Source: the human T2T-CHM13v2.0 reference genome, Homo sapiens. Taken from it: a DNA stretch of 64,000 nucleotides. The stretch lies in NCBI RefSeq assembly GCF_009914755.1, contig NC_060926.1. One strand, 5' to 3'. How positions within the stretch are numbered: the first letter of the stretch is position 1; each line of letters starts with the position of its first letter. The notes beneath the pieces were generated by a model, which worked only from the letters and a program-made list of their open reading frames with translations, searched no databases and was not told the origin of the DNA. Below are positions 33,226-48,088 of the stretch, piece after piece. Position numbers and translations under genes: made by a program.

Positions 33226-34834
33226 AATTAAGGTAAAAGAAGGGAATCTGGGCCTGCAATACCACAGCACTGGCAGCCTCTGCACAGGTGTCACTTTGAG
33301 CCTCTGCAGATCTCTGCATGAGCCCCTTCCCCTCTGGCCAGAAACGGAAGCTTATCTGTGGTATTCAAAGGGCCAAGAAACTGGACAGAGTTTTATCATA
33401 GGAATGGAGAATGTTGTCTGCTTCTGTCAAATTTCAAAATTTTGCAGTTTTGTCTCATTTTTAAAATATCTTTTATTCTAAAAATATACTTCCCACCTCC
33501 ACGATAATTTTCTTTTGTCATTGAAATGGTCAAAGAAAACCCTGGAAAGCTCAAAAGTGGCAATTCAAGGTGAGCAGTAAGAGTGGCTCCTGAGTCTCTG
33601 ATCCCTAGGAATTCTCTAAACCCATGGAGGCAAAGCACCCAGTTAAAAAGCACAATGTTCATTTTTAAAGCCATTCTTCTGCCACTGCAGGGAAGGTAGC
33701 CCTCAGATGAACACTGTCCTGGAAAACTAGGTGCTTGTGCCGATTTCAGATGAGAATCTCAGGCCCCACCATGTTCCATCATTACCCATCTGCATAAGGG
33801 GGCAAGGTCCTTCTCTTCTGTTTCATTCCTTTACCACCCTTGGACCCAGTTTCCTGCAAAGTCATCCCTGACCATTGCTATCTCCATTGATCCATCCTCT
33901 CTATTGCCAGGGACTGAATAGGTACGTGCACAGTTGTTTTCACTTATCTATTTTCCAGACTGACCTATCCACCTGCAGGCAGACTCATGCCTTGCGCCTC
34001 ATGCCTATGCACTCCCACAATGTTTCACATGCTGCTTGCTTCGCTGTAGTTGCTTAATAAATGCAGATCAGTGGGTCGATCTTCTGGTCTGCACCTACAA
34101 AGGTATGAGTCCTCCCCACTCAATACAAATTGCTATGACCCCAAAAATACCAATGGTCCAGAAGCAAAGTGTTCCATATGTTAATTGTATTCAAGGAGGC
34201 ATCTTCCCAAGAGTCCTGTCTTGGTCAGGAGGGATAAAGGGCACATTATTTGGAAAACAAGTCCCCAGTGCATCCCATGTGTATGTGTGTCATAGCACTA
34301 CACAGGTCACAGCCTTCATTTCTGGCTATTCTTTCATCCAGAGCACCTGCTTCAAAATGGATTGGGCTGAGCTGGGCCATGTGGCAACTGGCTCCTCATT
34401 TCTTCCCCAAAGATGTATGGTAGAAGACAAGAAAGAATGGGCTTTCCTAAGTACAACTTTGTTCAAATCAGAAATTGTTTTATAATTTGGAAGTCACTTT
34501 TCAGAAGCTTGACTTGTCTTTCAGATAGTATCTGTCCAAAAAAGAAAAAAGTAACTGAATAATGAATGAGTCAGCCACTCTATGAGAGCTTGTCCAAAAT
34601 ACATGCATAAAAATTCTTTCAAGAAATGAACTATTGTAAGGTGGACTTTACAGTTTGCCCTCCTGACTCTTCCTAGGTAACATGCCCAAGATCATCATAG
34701 ATATGTCAGGAAAGAAGGGGGAAAGAGTTAGTTTGCACACCTGTGTCATCCAAAGTAGGTTGGTGTCTGCATTCTCTTCTCTTAGGTGGATTAACAAAGG
34801 ATCATGACACAAAGTAAAGAAGCCCAGGCCTCCA

Positions 34835-36598
34835 TAAAAAGAAGAAAATATTGAGAAATACAGCTAATCGGGGAGGTAAAAGATATCTACAATAAGAATT
34901 ACAAAACACTGATCAAAGAAACCAGAGATGACACAAATAAATGGAAAAACATTCCATGCTCATGAATAGAGAGAATCAATATTGTTAAAACAGCCATATT
35001 GCCCAAAGCAATTAACAGATTCAATGGTATTCTTACCAAACTACCAATGACATTCTTCACAGAACCAGAAAAAAGTTGTTTTGAAATTCATAAGGAACCC
35101 AAAAAGAGCCCAAATAGCCAAGGTAATCCTATACAAAAAGAACAAAGCTGGAGGTATCACATTACCTGATTTCAAACTAAACTACAGGGCTACAGTAACC
35201 GAAAGAGCGTGGTAACAGTACAAAAACAAATACACAGACTGATGGAACTGAATAGAGGTTTTGGAAATAAGGCTGCACACCTACAACCACATGATCTTCA
35301 ACAAAGCTGACAAAAACAAGCAATGGGGAAACGAATCTCTATTCAATAAATGGTATTTGGATAACTGGCTAGCCATAGGCAGAAGATTGAAACTAGACCC
35401 CTTCTTTACACCATATACAAACATCAACTCAAGATGGATTAAAGACTTAAATGTAAAACCAAAAACTATAAAAACCCTGGAAGACAATCTAGGCAATACC
35501 ATTCTGGACCTAGAAATTGGCAAAGATTTCATGACAAAGATGCCAAAAGTAATTGCAACAAAAGCCAAAATTGACAAATGGGATCTAATTAAACTAAAGA
35601 GCTTCTGCACGGAAAAAGAAACTATCAACAGAGTAAACAGACAACCTACAGAATGGGAGAAAATATTTGCCAACTATGCATCTGACAAAGGTCCAATAGC
35701 CAGATTCTAAAAGGAACTTAAACAAATTTACAAGAAAAAAAAATCAAACAACCCCACCCATTAAAAAGTGGGCAAAGGACATGAAATAAACAGGCACTTT
35801 TCGAAAGAATACATACATAAGGCCAAAAAGCATATGAAAAAAAAGCTCAATATCACTGATCATTAGAAAAATGTAAATCAAAACCATGAGATATGATCTT
35901 ACACCAGTCAGAATGGCTGTTATTAAAAAGTCAAAAAATAACAGATGCTAACAAGGTTGTAGAGAAAAGCCTAAACTTATACACTGTTGGTTAGAGTGTA
36001 AATTAGTTCCACCACTACGGAAAGGAGTGTGGCAATTCCCCAAAGAGCTAAAGACAGAACTACCATTCAACCCAGCAATCCCATTACTGGGTAGATGCCC
36101 AAAGGAATATAAATCATTTTATTATAAAGACACGTACACATGAATGTTTATTGCAGCACTATTCACAACAGCAAAAACATGGAATCAACATAAATGCCCA
36201 TCAACAGTAGGTTGGATAAAGGAAATGGGGTACATATACACCATGGAATACTATGCAGCCATTAAAAGCATGAGATCATCTCTTTTCCAGGAACTTGAAT
36301 GGAGCTGGAGGCCATTACGCTTAGCAAACTAACTCAGGAACAGAAAACCAAATACCACATGTTCTTACTGGAAGCTAAATGATGAGAACAATTGGACCCA
36401 AAGAAGAGGGGAACAACAAACACTGGGACCTACTTGAGGGTACAGGGTGGGAGAAGTAGCAGAAAAAAAAGACTATTGGGTACTAGGCTTAGTCCCTGAG
36501 TGATGAAATAATCTGTACAACAAACCCTTGTGCATGAGTTTACCTATATAACAAACCTGCACATGCATCCCTGAACCTAAAATAAAAGTTTTTAAAAG
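34835..36598 (+). mobile_element. 5'-truncated L1PA13-like element
   Basis: ORF2 C-terminal ORF (35261-35710), 3'UTR gggtactaggcttag...aataatctgtacaacaaaccc; TSD aaagaagcccaggcctcca (34816-34834) / aaagaagcccacgcgtcca (36599-36617). Confidence 0.92.
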
Positions 36599-37087
36599 AA
36601 AGAAGCCCACGCGTCCAGATATTAAGCTAGCCTTGCTTTTCCCATTGTCTTTAAACAGTAGATTCAGAACCAGGTCTCCCAGGGCAAGGACACATCACCC
36701 CGGCTCAACCATACTTTTCAGGGATTTCCTGCCCAGCCAGTACTGCCTGGTGAGGCTCACTCTGAGGAGCTAATTGGCCTACTGGTACCCCTGTAAAAAC
36801 AATTATAATAATGAGACACATTTATGGGCACCTAGGGTGTAAAGGCAAAATCTGCCTACAGGATGACAAAAAACCTCCAGACTTTCTCATCATGGCGCCT
36901 AGTGGTGGATACTCCTAGACTGCCCACTGATGACATCCGAGCATGTGTATGAACATAAATGCTTAGGAGACAAATTGTAATTGCCCAAGAAGCCACAACT
37001 CTTCCAGATTAAATGCCTTACCTCCACTTCCTCAAGAAGTCCTTTCCTCAAACTGTGGCCTCAGCTAAGCCAGAGGGTAAGCTGCTT

Positions 37088-37090
<3 letters not shown>

Positions 37091-37126
<36 letters not shown>
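37091..37126. repeat. (AC)18 microsatellite
   Basis: Direct reading. Confidence 0.97.
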
Positions 37127-37129
<3 letters not shown>

Positions 37130-39519
37130 GAGAAAGAGCCACTAGAGCAAACACACACCTACTATAGGCAAATTCTAACTGTCTCCATCCAGAATATGTG
37201 TGATTTATGAGTCTGTAGTGAAAAGAGAAGGTGGTGATTCCTAACGGTATTAATTAGGTCCGATCAGTAAAAAAATGGACACCAAGCCTTCAGAGGATCC
37301 CACAAAGGAATCAACTGGCTAATGACAGCTTTTGCTTCTTCTGGAAAACCATACCCAAGAAGCAGGGGCATCATTTGCAGTTTTTTTCTACCCTCTGTGC
37401 TGGGATTCTGGTCAATGGGACCACCTGCTAATGAGGGGCTTCCATGTGTCACATGCAATTTTTATGAAATGCCACATTGGGAGTGGCTTGCATCCTTGGA
37501 TTAGGCCCAGGCTGGGGAATGGTATGGCAGATACTCTTATATACCCTTAGCCTTGTCTCAATAGGGTATGGGCATGGTTGCTGTTTTTTGGAAGATGATA
37601 AAAATGAATCATCAGTCACAGAGGAATGATTGCAAAGTAATTCATGCTGGTAAGGTCTGAACCAGGAATCTTTTCTCTATATTTACTGCATAACATATAA
37701 TTTAGTTTGGAACAATAACAAAAAATTGTGTGTGTCTCTGCGTGTACACATATATGAAAGAGTATCATATCATCATCTACTGTAGCCCTCTACAGCCTGT
37801 CCCATGCAAAGTCAATGGGCATTACTAAGTCAACGTGTATTTCATTGCCATAAGTCACCCTCCGGCTTCTGTCTCCTGAGTGCCCTGCCATAGACTATAG
37901 AACTGCATTGAATAGGAACACATGGCATACCAACTTCTCACTTGTCTTCTATTCCCTTCTCTGGTGCCAAAAACTACCTGCTTTCTTTTGCAAATTCTTA
38001 ATATCTATATCTATTAGTTCTTCCCACCTACCTCAATTCAGTGTGGCCATTAGACCATCACCCTCTTGTTCCCTATCTTCCTGGAAAAATCAGGCCTTCA
38101 GTGTCTCCTCTACCAAAAAGAAAGGCCAAATAAACATGTTTTTAAAATGTTTCTTTATTATGCATTTTATGGAAGGTCTTGGCAAGAAACTGGTTATGGC
38201 TGAGTAATGTCATTTTCTCAACCCAAGACAACTGCAAAAACTGTGAGGGCTTGAGAAAAAAATCATGCCTGAGGGCATGTCTACAACCTTGGGAAACATT
38301 TGGAAAAGTAGACACTAGAGGCCTGCTTCTTGAACACTACTCCACTCCTCCTCAGTATAAATAGGTTTGATTCACAAAAGATATCCAGGATGGGAGAGCC
38401 AAATACTGACCATCATCATATCCTGATGATAAGTATGCTAGTTCTGGCACTGTAAGAATGCCGTTTCCTTTTCTCAGGAAGAACCAAGGCAGAGTTAGCC
38501 CCTGGGGTCAAACTTAATCACCCTCTCTGACAGAAGTTGCCAGTGGATCTGGATTTTGCTAGGTATTTCTCTAGTATGCTTTCAAGGTTTGCTTCACAAA
38601 AACTTTGAAAACCATACTGCCGAAGTCAACGTGTAAAATATGTTGAATTATCCCTTTGGGAGAGGTGATTGGAGAAACCAAATAATCACATCCTCCTTAT
38701 AACCTTGATGAGGTTTAGCTATGATTTATCTATGGTGGCCCATGTTATGTGTCATCCACTGGCGAAGAAGAAACTCCTTTTCTTTTGTGTGGCAGTGATT
38801 GATGTCTAATTGGGAATCAGAGTTTTAGCTAAGTCTCAATGTTCCTAGACTCCCACCAATGGAGCTAATCCACCCCAAATCCATAGACAACCCAACTTCA
38901 GAATGAAGTAGAACCAGACTTTATCTTGCCAAAAGAATTGTATGATAAGTTCTGTTGCCAATGGCGCAATCTGCAATATTATAGTAAAATAAAAATCAGT
39001 GCCTCTTGGTCCTAGACAAAACCACAATACTTTTATGGATCCAAATTCTGAAAGCTGTGATAGCAAACATCTTGTTTGTATTGATTTTGGCAACTTCCAA
39101 AGAAGTTGTATATATCTCCCATCATCCACTAAATCTCCCACCCTTGCCACCTCATCAGTGACTCCAAATTTACAAAGGAAATCTGCATAAGAAAAATCCC
39201 CACTCCTCATAAAACTAAGCTCTCCACATACAGAAATGTTATATGAAAAAGCACTTTCAAATGAAAGTTCTAAAAAACATTTAAACAAGGATTATCTCAT
39301 TGTTTGGGCACCGAATAGGGAATCAATGTATATCACAGTGAATAATTTTCAAGGCCCATGCTCTATACACAACAGTGGAAGAGATTGCATTCTAATGTAA
39401 GCACCTGGGGGGACCAGCATTTAATTAACTGTGTCAGCCCAGAAACTAGTGAAGTTTCTGGAACATGAGAAACAATGAATATTTGTTGAAAGTCTGAATG
39501 GCAGACTTAGTCACATTAG

Positions 39520-39855
<336 letters not shown>

Positions 39856-39893
39856 ACCTGTGCCAACTTTTTAACAGAATTAACTTGCATACC

Positions 39894-39899
<6 letters not shown>

Positions 39900-39932
<33 letters not shown>

Positions 39933-39938
39933 TCATAA

Positions 39939-39978
<40 letters not shown>
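39900..39978. repeat. Palindromic compound microsatellite (CT)12(GT)4T-CATA-A(AC)4(AG)16
   Basis: Arms 39900-39933 and 39938-39971 are exact reverse complements. Confidence 0.97.
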
Positions 39979-39981
<3 letters not shown>

Positions 39982-41659
39982 ACATTTCCAGTCTATCACA
40001 TACAAAGAAAAAGAAATAAAAGATGTGGTATTATAATACATCTGAATTTGATTTAGAAATATCAGTAAATATTCAAGATGCTCATTCTGGTAGTCAATCA
40101 TTCTATTACACATCTGTGATATGTAAAAGCAAAAGTATACAGTGCTATGAAGTATCTTTTGATTATAACTGAAAACTTAAAAATTTGAAAACTAGGAATT
40201 GAAAGCCTACATTCAATCCTTTGTTTCTGTTCTACCTACTTTGTTATTGTTCAGCAAATTAGAACGACACTCAGGTCTTTCCATAGAGAAAGCATAAGGA
40301 AAGGCAAGATGATTTCAAGAGAAATCCCAGTCACCAACAGACACCACACTCTCCCAAAGCCCTACTTGCTCATATTTATTTCCCAAACTGATTAGCAGAT
40401 ACTGGCTTGTTGAAGACTAGATGCAAGGATCATTTTCATATATATGGCTCATTGGCTTTATGAGTTCTTAGTGCCCATAAAGGTCTGGGATTCCTTTGCA
40501 AACAGCAAACACATATTTTGTCTTTGTAGGGTACCAAAAATTCATATCAAAGGTCACGGTGAAATATTCCTGATCTGTGCCTACCAGTAACTTGTCATGA
40601 GTCACTGGCACCCACCACTTCATTGACAAGAAAATGATCAGGCATTAATAAAAGCAGTTTCTCTGTTAAAGAGAGACGCATGTGGTTTGAACCTGGCTGA
40701 TCTTGGAAATCACTGTTGGCTAATGAATTGCCTTAATGACCAAAAATACCAGTCAATACCCACTAAAGATTTAGCAAGTGTATTTTCAAGGATAGAAATC
40801 ACTGTTTATTTTATACATTCAAATTTTCTTATTTACATTAAAAAATAATAATGTTCATGCCCAATAATAATAATGTTCATGTCCTCCTGGAAGCAAGCTG
40901 GCAAGATAGGCTAAAGAAAAGCTAGACATTGTGATTAAGTAGTAAGTGGCCTCTTAACTGTGTTAAGAGAACAGCAGTTGATCCCCAGGATAGGGGTATC
41001 TGCAAAAACATTCTGTAAGAAACATTCTGTAAGAAAAGGACTAAGCTTCAAATGTCCACCAGGCCCTGAGGGTAACAATATTTGATCATGCCAAGCTTCA
41101 CCAAGTAGCACCTTTTTCTCTCCTTAACTCTTTCCCATGCCCTCCTTTTTACCCCTAGAGGAGCCAAAGCACATGGGAGAGGGGGTTTGGTGGGAGGGAA
41201 GAGTTGCGCAAAATAGGAAAGAAAGAAGACCATCGAGGCCCACCGCCCCCAACTGTAGGCTTCCCTGCCTGAAGTATTATTGAGTTGGGGAAGGGGAGAA
41301 ACTTCAATATAAAATGAAATTCAAGATTTGGGTATTATAGAGGACTAAACAAATTAATTACTAAAATGAGATTATTTTGTGATTAAAAATGAACAGAGGG
41401 TTTTCCTTATCTGACTGTGACCAGAAAATATGAGACCTGTCCAATGCTTTATCCAGAAACAAGACAAAATAGCCCACTGAATGGCCTTGAAGAGATAGTG
41501 GGGAAAATAATTTTTTTAAATTCTTGTTCCATATAGAGTTCCACTCTTTTAACACATTGACTATAGCAAGGCATGTATTCAAACCAGGTCTACCTACCCA
41601 GAGGTAGACCTGGATGCTGTGAACCACTATGCTCTGGACATTTATGCACATACGCCACA

Positions 41660-41870
41660 TCCAAAGTGGGGTTCTTTGTGCTTTACTGATATTTATTTCA
41701 TCCTCATCACAACCCTAGGAGTCAGGAATAATTATCTTCCCACTTTATACATGATGAAACTGAGGCACAGAAAGCTCTGTCCAAGGTCAGCCAACAAGTA
41801 AATAGCAGGTCCAATATTGAAATCCAGACAGTTTGGCTCCCAGGTCTGTGCTCTCAAGCACTTGCCAGCT
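41660..41870 (-). mobile_element. MIR SINE
   Basis: tttcatcctcatcacaacccta...cccactttatacatgatgaaactgaggcacaga...ccagacagtttggctcc. Confidence 0.85.
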
Positions 41871-41879
41871 GCCTGGTCA

Positions 41880-42120
41880 GGTGGCATAGTTTAAAGAATG
41901 GAGTTAGGGCTCTGGAGCCCAGCCGCCCAGGACTAGCTCCCACCCCACAAGTTCTCATAACTTATACTCTCAGTATCCTCATCTGTAAAATAGAGACGAA
42001 CTATAGTAATTATGTTTTAAGGGGGATTATAAATATTAAATTAGGTAATTCATGTAAAAGCCTATCTTAGTGTAGTTACTGACACATAGTTGGTATAAAC
42101 TATATTAACTATTACTATTA
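41880..42120 (+). mobile_element. MIR SINE
   Basis: gcatagtttaaagaatgg...ctctggagcc...ctcagtatcctcatctgtaaaatag. Confidence 0.8.
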
Positions 42121-42189
42121 GCTACCATCAAACAGAGACTTTTAGGAACATGCTCTTAATTTGCCCTGATGTTCTGTTTTGGACTTAAG

Positions 42190-42721
42190 TGTTAGTCAGG
42201 GTCCTAGCAGAAAAAGGTAACACAATCAAAGCATTATTGAATAGGTCATTTGGGGAGGGATACACTCCAAAATGGTAGTTTATTGGGGGTAGCAACAGCC
42301 AGGGCCATTATTACCTCTGGCCCTAAAAGGCCAAGAGAAAGGGGTTTCTAGAATCCAGGTAGAACTGTAGACATGAGAGAGGTACCACATCATTTCTCCT
42401 AAATTTCTTTTCTGTGTCCTTCCTCCCTAGAGTCTATTCTCAACATATTATCCAGAAGCTGCTATCATATGTAGAGAAACATAGCCACTACCAGAAGCTG
42501 AGAGATGGGGGTCAGGGGAGGAGCTGGAATGAAAGCCCTAAGATCTCTCCCTTCTTACCCTCCATTTCCTGGTGGTGCCAGCACTTGGCAAAACCCAGCT
42601 GAAAGATGAAAAGTGTCCCAGTGGAGCAGTCAATAAGAGTCAGCCTTCTGAGCAATAGAGCAAAGAGAGAAGATTAGAAAATAGTTCTATCTGGAGACAC
42701 ACGTGGAGAATAAGCAGCACA
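42190..42721 (-). mobile_element. LTR33-like solo ERVL LTR
   Basis: tgttagtcagggtcctagcag start and ...gagtcagccttctg...atctggag...cagcaca end match the reverse complement of LTR33. Confidence 0.7.
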
Positions 42722-43339
42722 ACCTGTTACCCACATTCTTCTAAAGCCTCTCAGAGGTTCTGACCTGACGCAATGGAGCACTATAATTCATGGTGGTGAT
42801 CAGGCATTCAGCAAGTCCATAGATAGTGTTGCACTGAAGACAATTTGTTTCCCCTGCTGTGACTGAAGGAGTTCTATGTTTATTATTGAACTACTACCAA
42901 ATGGACAGCTAGCAATCTCTCAACAGCCAATCCACAATATGATGCCATGGTGACTGCTCAGTGTTGACATCCACTGCTGGAAGATCGAGTACTCAGCAGT
43001 GGCAGCAGCCAAACCAGCCCTGGTAGAAGGAAGTCGTGTTTGTAAGTCCATGCACAATCACCACGACAGCCATCATGCTCATGCTGCTTATGAGTCCCCT
43101 GTGCCAGAACTGCAGAGCCCAAGAGAAGGCTGGCCAACAACGACGAACTGGGTCATTTGTCTACTCAATTACTAAGATTCCCTCTACAGAGGGCATATTG
43201 GGAGGTAAATTGTCATGGGATTGAAATATCCCCATACTCTAGAACCATGCTGATTCATACAACCATATATTTCCCTTCCAAATTTCCTTATCACAAATCC
43301 CACCACCTAATCAGAAATAACAAAAGCCAGAAGACAATT

Positions 43340-44685
43340 GAATAATAAATTCAAAATGTTTAAAGGAAGGGAAAAAACTGTCTAGTGAAAATGTCATTCA
43401 AAAATGAAAGTGAAATAAAAATGCTTTTTGGCAAATAAAATCTGAGAGAAACAAGAAAAAGAGCACATTAAACATTAAGAAAGTAGAAGGGAGAAAAATT
43501 AGTAGAAGAATAGAAATCAATTTACAGATTTAACAGGCAAAGATTTTAGAAATCAACAAAGCCAAAAATTAATAAATCTCTAGCAAGAATGATCAAGATT
43601 AAAACAGAGAGAATACAAACTTACCAATATCAGAAATGAAAGGGAAAACATTACAAAGATTCTACAAATTTCAAAAAGATAGAAAGGGGATATTCCAAAC
43701 AACTTTGTTCCAAAAAATTTTTACAAAGTAGGGAAAATTGACATATTCATTTAAAAGTACAACTTTTCAAAATAGTGCAGAAAGAAATAAAAAATTAAAA
43801 GTCTTAGCTGTGTTTGAAAACATTCTTAATTATAAGGATTTTCAGGCCCAGATGGCTTCTCTAGTGAAATCTACCAAACATGTAAGGAAAAAAATAACGA
43901 TGATCTTAAACATAGTATTTTAGAGGATAAAAGAGGGGGAAGTATACCTAACTCATTTTGTGATGCCAGCAGTACTTTAAATAAAAATATCTGATAAGAT
44001 CTTCACCAAAAAAATACAGATCAATAGTTTTCATGAACTTATACTGAAAATCTTAAATAAAGCATTATTTAAAAGAATTTTGCAAAACACAATAAAGATA
44101 AGAATAATCAAGTGTGGTTTATCCCGAAATGCAAGGTTAGATTAACATTTATAAATCTATCAAGGTTATTTACCACCTCACAGCGTAATGGTGGAAAAAA
44201 ATATGTTATCTCTATAGATAAGAGAAAAATATTTAATGAAATTCAATATTGGTTCATGTTAGAAAAAAATGGCAATCTTGGAATAGAAGAGATAATCTTC
44301 AAAAATTCCAGCAACCAACATAACACTTAATGATGAAACAGTCAATATTTTCCTTCAAAAGTCTGGAAGAAGGCAAGGATGTCCACTCTCACAACTTCTA
44401 TTCAACATTATACTAGAGATTCTAGATAGTGCTAAAAGTCAAGAAAAGAAATACAGAAACATCAAAAAGAAATAATTAAAATCTTCTTATTTTCAAACAA
44501 ATAGAGTGGTGGTATATGAAAGAAATCTAGAAAAATCTACTAGAACTAATTAGTAGATTTAATTAAGTCACAAATATAAGGTCAATGTACCAAAATCAAT
44601 TGCATGTCTATATCCAGCAGCAAACAACTGGAAAATTTAAAACTTCAAAGCTATACCATTTATAATGGCATCAGAAAAACCAAAA
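43340..44685 (+). mobile_element. Ancient L1M relic (ORF1 end joined to mid-ORF2/RT region)
   Basis: attcaaaaatgaaagtgaaataaa (ORF1 3' part); caggcccagatggcttc and ggcaaggatgtccactctcacaacttctattcaacat (RT QGCPLS motif). Confidence 0.8.
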
Positions 44686-45289
44686 CATCTACCAACTACC
44701 CCATAAACCTACTGCCTAGCCACTGTTGGTTGCATTTTATAGCATGGCCTCTAGGATGCATGAATCTGGGATTCTTGGGCTGGGTTAACCCACAAGTCCA
44801 TTATGGAGAACAGAACCTGGAATGAAAGGAAGAGCCATCAGCACAAAGTTGTCCCAACTTTGCTCTTCAGAGCCCTTCCTATTATGGAAAAAGATACATT
44901 ATGTACATGGGACCCTCCTAAGCTAAGAGCCAGTCCTTCCTCAGAGGTTGGCCTTATCACAGTCACATTCCCTTCTTTCAAACGGGGAGGTAAAGCATAG
45001 ATCTATCTGTAAGTGACCAACAACTCAAAGTCCTGTGTGCTGAGAGTCCCCAAAGCCTTACAATGATGTGTGAGTTCAGATGATGGAGACAGGAGCCTTG
45101 AAGAATATGCTTCCCTATAAGGGTGGAGCTTGTCATCAATCTGCCAAGAAAGGTAGGTTGTCCTGAAAATTTATTCTCTTGACATCCTCACCTAATTCTC
45201 CTTGAATTTCAACAACGCCTGAAGTTGTTTTGGTTGAACTCAACTATTTATATGCCTTTTCTATAAGAGCCACTGTTGTATGAAAGTGG

Positions 45290-45450
45290 GGAGGGGAGTA
45301 TCTTAGGGGAGTCAAGTCCCCTTGTTCCAGTTTTAGCTTTGGCACTAGCATGCCATATTACTCGGTGGACAAGTTTCTTTCTCTCTTTTTCTGTCCTTCA
45401 GTTTCCTATATGTAAAATTAGAGCTATGAATGAGATGACCTCCAAGACCA
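45290..45450 (+). mobile_element. MIR3-like relic
   Basis: cttcagtttcctatatgtaaaattagagctatgaatgagatgacctccaag. Confidence 0.65.
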
Positions 45451-46577
45451 CCATTGCTCTAATTCATTATGCCGTGTACAGATCTCGGAAGGATTTAAAT
45501 GTCAATAAGTTACATAGAATGAATTAATCCTTTATATAGTATTTTGTAATCTTTGCAAAATATTTTTGCGTTCACTACATTGTGAGTTTATATCTCCACC
45601 TATAATTCTAAGGCATTGGTATTATTATCCTTATTAAACAAATGAGAAAACACACTCAAATAAGTTAATAAATTATCCCAAGACCTACAAATAGTAGGAG
45701 ATTAGACCAAGAGGTAGACATCTTCATTCCCAGCCTGGTCCTTTTTCATGTCCCCACAAATTCATCCTGGTATGTGCAGTTAATAATGGCACAGACAGCT
45801 CCTGGGAGCCACTCAGGGTCCCTTTCCCACTCATGTCAGGTGACATTACACTGGTCTTTCTCAAAGTCCCAGTGGCTGGCCTGATTAAGTGGGCTTGTCC
45901 CAGAGGGTCTCGTGAACCTCAAATAACCTTCTAAGTTTCTCTCAGTAACTGTGACCATTTGGAGAGAAAACAAATCTATACACAGAGGAATTTTAAAATA
46001 AGGTGTTATTTTAACTTTGTATAAGATGCATAAAAAGTTTAGCTTTCACTTGAATTTTTTAATAAGTTTGGCAAAATCAAAATTATTGGCACAAGCTCTC
46101 CAGGTGGATGCCCCAGGGCCCTCGGTTTAACTTCAGCACACCCCAAAAACATCAGACTAACCCCCTTTCCCACCCTTTCCCCATCTCCCACAGTTCCCAG
46201 GTTCTTCCTCCTTCACTGCTGTATCTCACTAGTAACCCATGAAGTTGCAGATGTTCTTTGGGCAGCATAAAGGTAGTAGCAAGAACTCTGCTCCAACACT
46301 TACAATATCTTATTGACTTATTCTTTGTCTTGTTCAGTAAAAGAAGATAATTATTGCTGTTTTGTTAAAGGTGAAATCAGAATCAAGAGCATATTCAGTC
46401 ATTACAAGAGCACAGAGTATCTTTATGACACAAAATCTCAACACACACACATACACACACACAAAAATGGCCACAAATATAAGTGACTGATAGTATTCAG
46501 AATGTCAGTAATCCCAACTTTCCAAGGCACAGAAATTAATTTACTAGAGGAAGATTCTTTTGAGAAAGATAGGACTT

Positions 46578-46884
46578 GGCCGGGCATGGTGGCTCATGCC
46601 TGTAATCTCAGCACTTTGGGAGGCCGAGGCAAGCAGATCACCTGAGGTCAGGAGTTTGAGACCAGCCTGATCAACATGGAGAAACCCCCATCTCTACTAA
46701 AAATACAAAATTAGCTGGGTGTGGTGGTGCATGCCTGTAATCCCAGCTACTTGGGAGGCTGAGGCAGGAGAATCGCTTGAACCAGGAGGCAGAGGTTGTG
46801 GTGAGTCAAGATTGCACCACTGCACTCCAGCCTGGGCAACAAGAGCGAAACTCCATCTCAAAAAAAAATTAAAAAAAAAAAAAA
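46578..46884 (+). mobile_element. AluSp
   Basis: caacatggagaaaccc and ctgggcaacaagagcgaaactcc diagnostics; degenerate TSD ending aggactt. Confidence 0.92.
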
Positions 46885-47438
46885 AGATTAAGAGAGAGGA
46901 CTTAAAATATCAAATGCCTAGTGGTATCAGACATCCTTCTGGGTGCCTACGCTACAAAATTTAGGCCTCACAAAAAAAAACTGTCAACATAAGCATTATT
47001 ACTCCTATTTTATACAATAGAGAAATTGAGTTCAAGAGCATTAAGTAACATTGTCCAGGAGCACACAATTTATGAGAGATGGACCGAGGGCTGCAAGAGG
47101 ACAATCTGGGTCCAAAGTCCATGATCTTTTCTCTTTTTCATGCAGAGTCTGCAGTGACAGGCAGCTGTCTCAAACATCTGTGTATTTGCTGTGATTTGTG
47201 TCCTCAAGTCCTCACTTAAATTGCCTAGCATAAAATAAGGGAACAGCTACAGACAGCAATAAAAACATCTTCATAGAAGCAACTATAATATTAACACATG
47301 ACACAGAAAAAATATAGCTAGCATTTGCAACATTGTATTTGCTATTTTTTCACATATATCATATTTATTAACATTGTCATTATCATGACACCATGAAGCA
47401 GTGATATCCCCACTTTGCAAATAAGAAATGAAGAAGTT

Positions 47439-47860
<422 letters not shown>

Positions 47861-48088
47861 TCAAGAATGGTTAATTTGCATTCAATATCTGCTGATAAAT
47901 AAGAGTAAGGTTTAAAGATTTCTACCAAAACTATAAAAATTTTTGATTCTCAGAGAAAAAATCATCAATATATAAAGAAACCCACTATGCTAAAAAGCTC
48001 ACCCCTTAACAATGTGCATATCCTTATATTTCTTTTCTCATATACACAAATTCAACCCTGATTTTTGTTAATTAAACTGTTACATGGA

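Noticed and set aside
36892-36908. CTCF-like tggcgcctagtgg (similar weak site near 63964-63975)
   Set aside because: Mismatches in the G-rich core; too weak without ChIP data
38845-39288. 147-aa minus-strand ORF in unique sequence
   Set aside because: Non-ATG start, no recognisable domain, no convincing splice structure; length is compatible with chance in 64 kb
40846-41035. Short tandem duplications (aataataatgttcatg x2; aaacattctgtaag x2)
   Set aside because: Ordinary slippage duplications with only two units; not a CRISPR-like array
42960-43046. Open frame ending at a gtaagt donor-like site
   Set aside because: Poor acceptor (no pyrimidine tract) and unrecognised peptide
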